A stretch of DNA of 64,000 nt from Azolla caroliniana (lineage: Eukaryota; Plantae; Polypodiophyta): contig JBHGNT010000009.1 in assembly GCA_043228905.1 (NCBI GenBank), positions 11,594,001 through 11,658,000 on the forward strand, written 5' to 3'. This document shows, one piece after another, positions 40,448 through 51,882 of the stretch (position 1 is its first letter; every line of letters begins with the position of its first letter). Made by a program: the position numbers and the translations under genes. A model generated the notes under the pieces. That model saw only the letters and a list, made by a program, of their open reading frames with translations, was not told the origin of the DNA and made no database searches.

Positions 40448-41984
40448 GGCACCGGTTCACCGACGAGACGTTGCGGGACCTGAAGATCTGTGGGGGTGGC
40501 TTCTTGTTGCCCGCGGAAGAGGACCGGTTTCGGAGGATGCTTGGGAGGCACGGGAAGGCCTTCACATTCTCACCGAAGGAGATCGGGTGCGTCGACCCAA
40601 CAATCATGGAGCCAATGGTTATCTTCAAGGTACCGCATGTGCCGTGGAATCTCAAACCAATTCCGGTACCTAGAGCTCACATCCCAAGGCTGATGGAGCT
40701 ATTGAAGCACAAGGTGGAGATGGGCATTCTCGAGCCGTCGAGTGCCTGGTATTCGAACCGGTGGTTTATGGTGCCGAAGAAGAACGGCACGTTGCACTTC
40801 ATTCAGGACCCGTAGTTAGTCAACAAAGTGACCATTCGAAACGTAGGAATCGGGCCAACCATTGATGAATTTGCGGAGGCCTTCGCTGGAAGGTCGATCT
40901 ACTCGGTTGGCGATCTGTATTCGGGATATGATCAATTCCAACTAGCCATAGAAAGTAGGGATATCACAACAATGCAGACGCCTCTCGGGTTAGTGCGAAT
41001 ATGCACCCTGCCGCAAGGAGGGACCAACTCGGTGGCGCACATGGTGAACGCGATGAACAAAGTGTTGGACGACATCTCGATCAAGGGAGGTTCGGTGGAA
41101 GATAAGGATGAATCGGTCGAGCCGGACGGATGCCGGAGATTCGTGGCGGACCACATCAAGGACTGCGAGAGAGTGCTACAAAGGCTCGAGAGCGCGTGGC
41201 TCAACTTCTCCAGAGAGAAGTCGGCTTTCGGGCAATCTGAAATCTTAGTGGTCGGGCACTTATGTGGGCCATACGTCTAGAAACCATCTCCGGCAAAGGT
41301 CGAAGCCATCTCTGCGATGAAGGAAGAGTGTAAATTGATCACGGAGGTTCCTGGGGGCGTGTGCGTTTTATCACATCAGGATTCTGCATTACACACATGT
41401 GGCGGGGCTACTCTACGGGCTATTAAAAAAGGGGTGTAGGTTTGAATGGATCGAGGAACACGCGGAGTCGGTTTGGAGGTTAAAGGAGGTGCTAGCCGTG
41501 GCGCTGGGCCTCTGGAAAGCGGTTTACAGGAAAACCTCCCCGATTTTCGTGACGGTGGATACGAGCTTGACCGGTATCGGATAGGTGATCAATTAGGAGG
41601 ATGGTGTAAGGTTTCCGATCCGGTTCGGGGCGAAGGTACTGAGTGAGCGACAACGAAGATACACCCAAGTTAAACGCGAACTTTGGGGTATTGTTTCGGC
41701 GGTCAAGGCCGACAAGGACTACTTGATCGAGACAGAGGTAATAGTCGAAACGGACTACCTACCGATTCTCGAAATGGTTTCCGTATGCGCGACTCCGAAT
41801 CTGGCTATCCTCAGGTGGATCGCATACATTAAGTCCCTGAATGGTTTCGGAGGACGAAGAAGTCGGCGTGGACTTCTTCGGGTCGGCTCGCATAGCGACA
41901 AGGGAGGGAAGTGCTCCGGTACTGAATGAGTTTGACTAGGATGCGCACGAAGGGGATGTGAAGAATAGCGCGGAATATTGCTCG

Positions 41985-42200
41985 GCCACAACCAAGTCTT
42001 GAATCATAGAAATAGGAATGAAACACAGAAATGGGAAGTAGAGAGTACACAACATATTTATGTGGAAAAACCCTAATAGGGTAAAAAACCACGGGAGCCC
42101 ATAGCCTCCAAACTATCACTATATGAGAAAGGTACAATCAGAGACTCGGAGGAAACGACCTCGAGCTCTGTTTCTTCACCAAGCGGCGGTTACAACAGAG
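41985..42200 (-). mobile_element. Fragment of a Copia-type LTR related to the solo LTR at 17299-18004
   Basis: Collinear similarity to about 17335-17557 (GGAATGAAACACA, GAGTACAC, AACTATCACT, CGACCTCGAGC, GCGGTTACAACAGAG). Both ends are truncated. Confidence 0.7.
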
Positions 42201-45200
42201 TATCACTGCACGCTATTCTTCACATGGTATCAGAGCACGAGGGTTGAGAACCTCTATTGCCGACAACTGCTCGAAACAAACAAAACCTAACTTCCAGAAA
42301 AGGACAAACCAAAGAGAAAAGAAATGGACAAAAGCATGGCGAGCTCGCTTCCTATAGAAAAGCTCGATCGGAGCAACTGTGCGTCTTGGTCATATAAAAT
42401 GCACCAGTATTTGTTAGGGCATGGATATTGGAGCTACGTGGAAGGAGCGAATGAAGCAGTGCCGGATTCGGCACACAAGGACTTCTTGGTATGGGAGCAA
42501 GGAGCGAGCAAGGTGTTGTACTGCCTCCCGTCCTATGTGCACGACCAGATGCTTGGCTACATCAGAGATGCAAAATCACCGAAGGAGACCTAGGAAATTC
42601 TCCAAAAGATTTTCGCCGCAAGAACCACGGCTCGGAAATTGCAACTCCAACAAGAGCTCAACAATATCCAGCAACGAGACATGTCGGTCACCGACTACAC
42701 CACCAAGATGAAGGAGGTCTACGACGTGCTCGGGTCCATCAATGTGACAATAGATGAGGACAAGATGGTTCGGATCTGCCTCGGTGATCTAGCACACTGG
42801 TACAGGCCAATCTTGACGGGAATTTGCACCCGAGAGAAACCATTGTCCTTGTTCGACTTGCTATCGATGTTGATGGTTGAAGAAAACCACACGTATGGGC
42901 CCCGTGGGTGTGGAGAACAAAGTGGGTCGGCACACAATGCAAGCGGCTAACAAGAGTAGAACTGAAAGCATAGAGATAGTGCTGACAACAGTTCCAAACC
43001 CTCCACAAGCAAGGGGAGTCAAAGCGGCGCCGGAAACCAGCAAGGGAAAACCGACACAGAATGCTGGTACTACGGCAAGAAAGGCCACCGGGAAAGCGAG
43101 TGCAAGAAGAAGTGCACCGATCTAGATAAATCCAGATCCGGCAAGACCAAACAAGGGAGTCGGCAAAGCTCACACTACGTTGAAGGATCAGAAGGATCCG
43201 GAACCAGTAAGACCGGAAAAGGGCCAACCTTTGTGATGAAGCACAAGGCAAACTTGATGAAGAAGACCACTTCCGGAGCAGACGAAGTTCATGAAGAAGA
43301 GCACTTTAGGGAAAGTTGATGAACGTACTAGATGTTCTGACAATCACAAAGACCCTGGTGTCGATCGAGCATATCGCCGATCAGGGGATGTAGGTGTGAT
43401 TTACGTACCTCATGTGTTTCATTGAGGAAGAGGGCCGGATTATTGCTCAAGGGTGTCGGGACGGGAGGATGTTTATCCTCGACACCAATGACGTCGGCAC
43501 TGTTATGTTCGCAAATGGACAGTAGGTCGAATTGGATATCGACCTGTGGCACAAGCGGATCTTCCACGATAACTACCGGAGGCTTCAAGACCTGCAATCG
43601 TTACAGGTTGTTTTCGGATTGCCAAAATTTAGTGGCCGAAAGGCCCAAATTTGTGAAGCCTACCAGCTCGGGATGCAACACCGGCTTCCATTCCCCACTG
43701 AAAGAAACCGGAGCCGTAACAAGCTTGACTTGATACATTTGGATGTATGGGGACAGAACGTAAGTCTTGGCAGGAGCCCGTATTTCGTCTCCTTCATCGA
43801 TGACTACAGTCAACACACATGGATCTAACTGATCAAAAGGAAAAACGAAGTTTTTGATTGTTTTCGGAACTTGCAAAGTCTTGTGGAACCGGAAACGGAG
43901 AGGAAGATCAACTGTCTACGGTTGGATGGTGGAAAAGAATACTTTTCCGACAAATTCAACAGTTATCTACAGTAGAAAGGAATTCGTCGGGAATTAAGTT
44001 GTCGATACACACCGGAACAAAACGGTGTGGCCGGAAGGAAGTGTTGAGAAATTGTTGCGGAATATAAATCACAGTGAACAAAGTACGCGCTGAAATACAA
44101 ATTGCAGAAATAACGAAAGACAAGAGAAACAGAAGTATATGGAGATTTACGTGGAAACCCTAAAACGGGGAAAAACACGAGTGAACAGAACTTCACTTAT
44201 ACAAATAGTGAATATACAACACCGAGAGGAATACAACACTCTGTCGAGTGTATCAGCCGCACAGGGCTCTTCGTGTCTGTTGTTACTCACACAGCTATGG
44301 CGTGGCTCACGCTTCTCTCTCTCACACTCTCTCTACCTCTCTCACGCTATGTTGCGCACTATGACTTTTGTACAATGTTCTTCCATTGTTCTTCCACATA
44401 GTTAAAGTTTGTCCTAGTTACATATATACTTACGCAACTTTTTTGGCTATGTACATACGTAGCCCTCATGGGGCGCACACATAGACTATTTACAAATATA
44501 GTCTCCCGAGTTGGCCGTTTACACGATTTTGGTTTCGGCCGAGGCAGGTCAACTCGGCTCCTCGACTGTCGGCTTTCCTAACGATCGGATCTTCCTCCCA
44601 CTGGAGGGACGTATTCCCAACAGGAAGAACCGATTAATTGTGGAGGCCGCACGGGCAATGTTGGAAGAGAAAAGCATGCCTAAATTCTACAGGTCCAGAC
44701 GACCGTCTATATCCAAAACCAGATCGGGGATAAGGTGTCAGCACATGAGTTTTATTTCGGGCGGAAGCTGAATTTAAGATACCTTAAGATATTCGATAGC
44801 ATTGCATATGTGCATGTGCCATATGAGTAGCGGAGAAAGCTGGACCCGAAGTCAGAGAACTGCATCCTTGTCGGATACTCACATGAGCAAAAGGGTTATA
44901 AGTGCTATAACCCCCGAACAAAACAAGTTTGAGTAAGCTAAGATGTCGAATATGATGAGTCGGCATCATGGTACTCTCTACTAGCTCCGATGTCCGACTC
45001 TGACCCAATTCCAGAGGATGAGGCCAATGAGCCCGAAATGATCCGGGCAAAAGATGTAAAAGGATTTGGTACTCTAGATTAGAGTTCAATCTCATTCCGG
45101 CTAAGTGGGCTGAATGAGCGACTAAGTTGGAATGACCAGTTAGATGAGGAGCCGACGAGTAGTGCAGACTCAATTGTGCTCTCCCCGCGCAAGGAACCGA

Positions 45201-45580
45201 GGAGACGGTTAACACGCAAAGCGAAGGGGAAGAAGAAGATGTTGGAATACGCCATCGGTAGAGACGAATCGGATCCGAGCGAATACGACTCTAGAAAGAA
45301 CGAAGACGGACCTCCAGAGACGAAGTCCGAGCCGGCCAAGAGCGCCTTGAAATCGGCTAACGAGAAGTTACGTTTATCCACCCGCCAGAAGAAACCCGTA
45401 AAAAGGTACAAATATAATGAGTACATGACGCATCAATAGTACATGACGCATCAATATGCATACATGACAAAGGTGGTGGAAGTGCATGAGCCGGAGAGCT
45501 CCGTAGAAGCGGCAAAAGACGCACAATGGTGTGCCGCTATGGAGGAAGAGATGCGGGCACTTCATGCCAAAGACACATGG
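42201..45580 (+). mobile_element. Ty1/Copia element (Bryco-like), truncated at both ends
   Basis: U5 stub plus PBS TGGTATCAGAGC at 42225. gag LPIEKLDRSNCASWSYKMHQYL, integrase remnants, and the start of RT (W..AMEEEM.AL...TW). Cut by the Gypsy LTR at 45581. Confidence 0.85.
44042..44622 (-). mobile_element. Copia solo LTR (same family as LTR 35512-36174)
   Basis: TG...CA ends with perfect TSD GGAAG, 581 bp, inserted in the integrase of the Copia at 42201. Confidence 0.9.
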
Positions 45581-46057
45581 TGTCATAGACACAATGGAAT
45601 GTAGGGGGTTGAACCCATGACCTCTTGGTCTTATTGGGCAACCTTAGCAATTGAGCTACATTCCATCTATGCATTATTATATTGTATAAGTTTCAACTTA
45701 TTACATTGTAAGTTAATCACTAAAACTTTCAAGAAACTTCTAGAGAATGCATAGACATGCACTCTCTAGAAGTTTCCATGCCTTCTCTAGATGTTTCCTA
45801 GCTTAGATGCATACCACCACATTCTTGTATAAATACTTCGGTGCACCTTGATTACAATCAAGGTGAACAACACCAGTTACGGAAGCATAATTTAGTTCTC
45901 ACTCTTTTGTCTACCCTCTTTCTCTCTCTCTTGTTCTCTTGTCTATGCTCTCTATCTATATATCTATCTTTCTCTCTTTGTTAATATTGAGCTCACCTAC
46001 TTGTCCTTGCCCTCCTCTACATCTATGATATTTTGTTCACCTTCCCTTCTTGTTACC

Positions 46058-48380
46058 ATGTCCGACTCGACCTTAAACCAAGTAATGGCAGCCTTGGAGC
46101 AACTTCAATTAGAAAATGAAAGCCTTCGTCGGTCATTGCGAGAGCTTCAAAATAGCACAGCCAACAATCCTTCACCCATTGAGCCTCACCTTCTGTCAGC
46201 ATCTAGCCCAACCCCTTCCTCTTCCGATTCATATGTCCTTGAACCTAACGTTGGCCTATCTGACAAATTCAACGGCTCGAGGGCGCATCTTCGTGGCTTC
46301 ATCAATCAAATTCGGCTTATCATCCGCTTACAACCCCAACGTTATGCTAGTGATTTCTCTTGGGTCGGCCTCGTTGGCAACCTTCTCTCTGGGCCGGCAC
46401 AAGCGTGGTTTGCACCATTGATCGAGACCTCATCACCCCTCTTAGACAACTTTCCTGCCTTCCTTGCAGAGCTTGAAGCCACATTCGGAGAGACAGATCG
46501 GCGACGAACGACACTCACGAAACTCTATTCCTTACAACAAGGCTCTCGTCCAGCTTCCGTTTATGCTTCAGAGTTTCGTCATATCACGTGCGATGTCAGC
46601 TAGGATGAACAAGCTTTATGCAACCAATTTCGTCGAGGCCTCCGAAATGATATCAAGGCTCTTTTCTTAAACTTTCCGGAGCCCACATCATTGTCCCAGG
46701 TAATCTCCCAAGCCGTTCTATGTGATAATCGTCTTTTTGAGCTTCGACAAGAGGAACGGGGGACTCGAGGTTTTCCATCTTCCTCCCGCAATGCTCCACT
46801 CACAAGGCCATATATATTAGTTTTGCCAAGCACGCCACGACTGCCATCTTCCAATAGTGCTCATACCCTGATGTAGGTCGATCCCCGTACCCCAATGGAG
46901 ATCGACCATGCTCGGTTACAACCATTAACCAATGCCCAACGACAACATCGATGTGACAATGGCCTCTACCTCTATTGTGGTAGCCCCGGCCATGTCATCT
47001 GCCACTGCCTGATGCGTGACCCTCGTCATCAATCCCACTGTGCACATCTTGCAGAGGTTTCTCGACAACAAGAAAATGACCGTGCACATCTTGCGGAGGT
47101 TTTTGGACATCATGGAAATGAGCAAGTCCGGCTACAGTAGGAGCCATGCCGCTGGACACTTTCCGTGCCCTAGTTCTTCGTGCTCCTACAATTCAGCCAC
47201 GCCAGCATGAGGTTTTACTTTGCAAGTCTTTGTTTTGGGTCTATTTCAATAAAATCCCATGCCTTGCTTGATTCTGGTGCATCTACTTGTTTCATCGATA
47301 TCGTGTTCGTCCGAGCACATAAAATCCCAACCATCCACACAACACAACCCATATCCATTGAAGCTATCGACGGACGAGTTCTCTCTTCAGGGGCGGTTAC
47401 CGAAGCCACTGTCCCATTGGTATTCAAGTTGGGTTCCACCAGGAGGTATTAACATTCTACCTCATTGCAACCCCTCATCATCTGATTGTTTTAGGGCTCT
47501 CTTGGTTGGAAACACACAATCCGATGGTGGATTAGTGTAGCCGCTCCATCACTTTTCCACAAACATTGCTACTTGTGTGGGGGTTGCTTTCAGCTTGGGT
47601 GCACATTCTTCTGATTTCAACTTAATCTCCGACATTCCCGATTCCATTGTGACCGATTCTAGCGTGATCACTTCCGTGGCCGTTGTGTCACATGACGTCC
47701 CTACTCCTGTCACCAATTTGCCTGCAAGATATAGCGATTGTTTAGACGTGTTCGAAAAGTGAACTACAAACCGGTTGTCGGCACATCGCCTCTATGATTG
47801 CCCAATTGAACTCCAAGATGGCGCACACCTACCATTTGGGCCCATCTATGGGCTATTTGAACCCGAACTTGAGGCCCTTCGCACATATCTGGATGAAAAC
47901 CTCGCCAAGGGCTTCATTCAACCCAGCAAATCACTGGTTGGAGCCGCAATCTTATTTGTCAAGAAGAAGGACGACTCATTACGCCTATGTGTGGATTATT
48001 GGGGTCTCAACAAAATTACGGTACGTAATCGTTACCCCTTGCCTTTAATTCCAATGCTTCTTGACCGACTTCGAACTGGGCGTATCTTCTCCAAAATCGA
48101 CCTTCGGGGAGCCTACAATCTGGTGCGTATCAAGCCAGGAGACAAGTGAAAAACAACCTTCCGAACATGTTATGGACATTTCGAGTAAAAGGTGATGCCT
48201 TTTGGTCTCACCAACACCCTTGCGGTCTTTCAGCACATGATGAACAATATATTTCGGGAGTATCTCAATCACTTCATGGTGATCTACCTTGACGACAGTT
48301 TAGTTTTTTCTTCCAACATAGAGGAGAACACTTGACACTTCCGATTGGTCCTATCCAAACTTCGGGAACATTGACTTTAC
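46058..48380 (+). pseudogene. Chromovirus gag, protease and partial RT (first partner)
   Basis: DKFNGSRAHLRGFINQ (gag), LYCGSPGH...C knuckle, [44 protein letters not shown]. Confidence 0.85.
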
Positions 48381-48384
48381 GCGA

Positions 48385-51300
48385 AGAAGGACCCAAGGAG
48401 GCAATGTTCCTATTTGCAATATCAGTACATCCTTCCAGCACTATTAAGAAGGACTCCTCAGTACAACTTCCAGCAAAATATCATCCTTATGCCGATGTAT
48501 TTGACAAGGTAAAAGCCGGTACCCTTCCTCATCACCGTCCCTATGACTGTCCCATCGATTTACAACCAGGAACCGAGCCACCATGGGGACCAATTTACAA
48601 CTTGTCACCCACCGAGTTAGAAGTCCTTCGAGCCTACATAGAGGAGAACTTGGCAAGTGGGTTCATCCGCCATTCGAAATCTCTGGCTGGTGCACCCATC
48701 TTCTTTGTCAAGAAGAAAGATGGCTCACTTCGTCTTTTCGTTGCTTACCGCGGATTGAATAAAGTCACCATCCGGAATAGGTATGCACTTCCTCTTATAT
48801 CAAGTCTTTTAGAGCGAGTTAATGGTGCCAAGTTTTTTACTAAAATCGACCTACGAGGAGCGTATAACCTCATGCGGATCCGACCAGGAGATGAGTGGAA
48901 GACTGCCTTTCGCACGCGGTATGGGCATTTCGAGTATACTGTTATGCCGTTTGGCCTAACCAATGCACTCGCAGTCTTCCAACACATGGCAAATGATATA
49001 TTCAGAGATCTCTTGGATATCTGTTTGATCATTTATCTGGATGATCTATTGATTTATTCGAAGACCCAGGAAGAGCACGATTCTCATGTACTATTAGTAC
49101 TAAAGCGACTCTGTGAGAATGGTCTTTATGCCAAGCTAGAAAAATGTAGCTTTGACTGCAAGCAAGTGGAATTTCTAGGCTACGTCATCTCCTCAAAGGG
49201 CATCGCCATGGATCCACCTAAAATCCAAATTGTACTAGAGTGGCAAATTCCACGGTCGGTACGAGATGTACAATGTTTTCTAGGTTTTGCTAACTTCTAC
49301 CGTAAGTTTATACAGGATTACTTGAAGATTATTTTACCTCTCACACAACTTACGAAGAAGGGCCAAGCATTTCTTTGGTCCATAGAAGCAGATATGGCTT
49401 TTCGGCATCTTAAGAAAGCCTTTACATCAGCACCGATTCTAGCTCATGTGGATACAAGCAAACCATTCATCATGGAGGCCGACGCATCAGATTTCGCCCT
49501 TGGTAGCATCCTTTCTCAACAAGGCGATAAAGAAGAGTTACATCCGGTGGCTTTCCATTCGCGCAAATTCGATGTTGCAGAAATCAACTACGAAATACAT
49601 GACAAGGAGTTATTAGCCATCGTGGATTCATTTGTACAATGGCGGCATTTCTTAGAGGGCTCTCCACATCAGGTCATTGTCTTTAGCGATTATAAAAATC
49701 TTGCTTATTTTCAGAACGCTCGCGTACTAAATCGACAGCAAGCTCGGTGGGCGCAATTCCTCACGCGTTTCGATTTCAAAATCACATATCGACCGGGGAA
49801 GCAGCAAGGAAAAGCAGATGCACTATCACGGCGTTCATATCTTGCACCTCGTCCTGGTGACGCAACATTTGATAATCAAAAGCAAGTAATCTTGGGACTA
49901 ACACGATTGCACACGACGCGGATTTTTCACACCCCGATGGATTCACGGATTACCGATGACATACGTGCAACCTTGAAGACGGATAGTTTTGCTCAAGACA
50001 TCCTGGCGCACATTGATACTTCTCGGGCATCCTGTTCTCAGTCTCAACAACCAGGTATTGACTACTGACAATTCGAATATCATGATGGTTTGTTATTCTT
50101 TAAAAAGCGCGTATATGTCCCCGATTGCTCCTGTCGCCTTCAAATCGTCCAACATTGTCATGACACCCATACGGCGGGACATTTCGGTAGTACTAAGACG
50201 TTGGAGCTAGTGCAACGATCTTTTTGGTGGCCCCACATGCGCCGTTTTGTCGACGACTACGTTCGAACCTGTGATGCTTGCTGCCGAGCAAAGATGCCAC
50301 GACACCATCCATATGGCTTGTTGGAACCCTTACCGATTCTAAGTAAGCCGTGGCAGTCTATTTGTCTTGATTTTATCACAGATCTGCCGGTCTCGAAGGG
50401 GTTCGATGCTATCCTAACCGTCGTCGATCGATGCACGAAGATGGCACATTTTGTGCCGTGTACTAAAGCCATCACTAGCGAGGAAACCGCCGCTCTTGTT
50501 ATGCGTGAGGTATTTCAGCATCATGGCCTCCCAGACAGTATTATCAGTGACCAAGGCCCGCAATTTGTCTCCAAATTTTGGCAGCATCTCTTCAAGATGC
50601 TCAAGGTCTCCTGCAACCTCTCCTCCGACTACCATCCTCAGACCGACGGGCAGGCGGAACGAACAAACCAAATGCTAGAGCAATATCTCCGGTGTTTCCT
50701 GAGTTATCAACAGGACGATTGGGCCGAGATTCTCCACTTTGCGGAGTTTGCGTATAATAATGCTATTCACTCCTCGACTCGGGTCTCCCCATTTTTCGCT
50801 TATACCGGTTTCCATCCTCGCTGGTCGGTGATCGACACTCCGGAGCTACCTACCAACCCTCGTTCCGAGGATCATTTGGAGAGGCTATGCAAGATCCAGA
50901 TGGATCTCTCTACTCACCTTCGTCATGCTCAACACACACAGAAGACTTATGCGGATCATCATCGGATTCCCTCCTCTTTTGCCATCGGAGATCGAGTATG
51001 GCTCTTACGTCGTCACATCAAGACTACTCGACCGTGCGACAAGTTGGATTATCGACGACTCGGTCCCTTCCGTATTACGGGTAAGATTAATGATGTCACC
51101 TTCCGCCTTGATCTCCCTCCGCGGCTTCAGATACATCCGGTTTTCCATTGTTCTCTTCTTGAACCTTATAAAGCAAACACCATTCCCGATCGTGTGACAC
51201 CACCGCCGCCCCCGAGTATGAAGTTGCTGCCATCCTCGATTCCAAACTTGTTCGCAACAAACTTTATTACTTGATCGATTGGCTCGGTTATAGTCCGAGT

Positions 51301-51400
51301 GAACGTACTTGGGAACCCGTCGAGCATGTTGCCAATGCACAGGATCTTCTTGCTGATTTCCACCGAAAGTATCCGGACAAACCCGGTCCGCAATTAGCGC
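48385..51400 (+). pseudogene. Chromovirus pol: RT-RNase H, integrase and chromodomain (second partner), nearly intact
   Basis: ORF 48332-50068 (IYLDDLL, EADASDFALG, NYEIHDKELLAIV), stop at 50066-68, then ORF 50090-51274 in the same frame (H..GH...C..C, LDFIT, SDQGPQF, HPQTDGQAERTNQ, GPF). Frameshifted chromodomain near 51215-51380. Confidence 0.92.
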
Positions 51401-51882
51401 TGACTCGTTCCACTCGTCGTCTTTAAGGGGGAGATAGTGTCATGATATGGCAAGACTCGAACCCATGACCTTATGCTACATGGGTCGAGCTCTTACCATT
51501 AGACTATGAATTGTAATTTGTAGGATATTATTTTCATTTATGCTTTATCATAGAAAATTGATGTATATTCCAGATCTCTCTAGAACATTCTAGAAGCTTC
51601 AGGATTATTCCTAAAAACACTATAAAAGGAGGCACAAGGCATTGTTTTGAACCAAATTGGTTCAACACCAGTCTTAAGCCTCTTAGCCGCTTGTACTTAT
51701 CTTTTCACATAATATATTAGCTGCTGTCATCATCTCTCTCTCTCTCTCTCATTCTCGCTATCTCTCTCTCTCCTGTTCTCACTTCCTCTCTCGGGAATCT
51801 TATGCAGTCCCATCCTCTTAGTACTAATAGTACTGCTCTTCTTACTACTAATTCCATCTCTGCTTTAGTACTATTCCTGACA

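Larger units (their letters stand above)
30821..41985 (+). mobile_element. Non-chromovirus Ty3/Gypsy element (Phygy-like), 3'-truncated, hosting two insertions
   Basis: 5' LTR from about 30821 (or 30874) to 31555 (TGTCG...CGACA). PBS TGGTGAACCCGACGTGAA at 31560. gag remnant about 31600-32027, protease region 36175-36500 (IILGEPY), RT 40450-41280 (YSVGDLYSGYDQF, LPQG.TNSVAHM), RNase H to about 41900. Confidence 0.8.
45581..51882 (+). mobile_element. Chimeric chromovirus: 5' half of one family fused to the 3' half of another
   Basis: The 5' LTR (45581-46030) differs from the 3' LTR (51438-51882), which matches 12680-13116. The RT N-terminal half occurs twice (47775-48380 and 48500-49150). Junction about 48377-48385. 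Flanks CATGG and CTAGG do not match. Confidence 0.85.

Noticed and set aside
45595-45665. Calling the cloverleaf a functional tRNA gene
   Set aside because: The anticodon stem does not pair, the T-stem has only 3 of 5 pairs, and it is part of an LTR. Reported as tRNA-like only.
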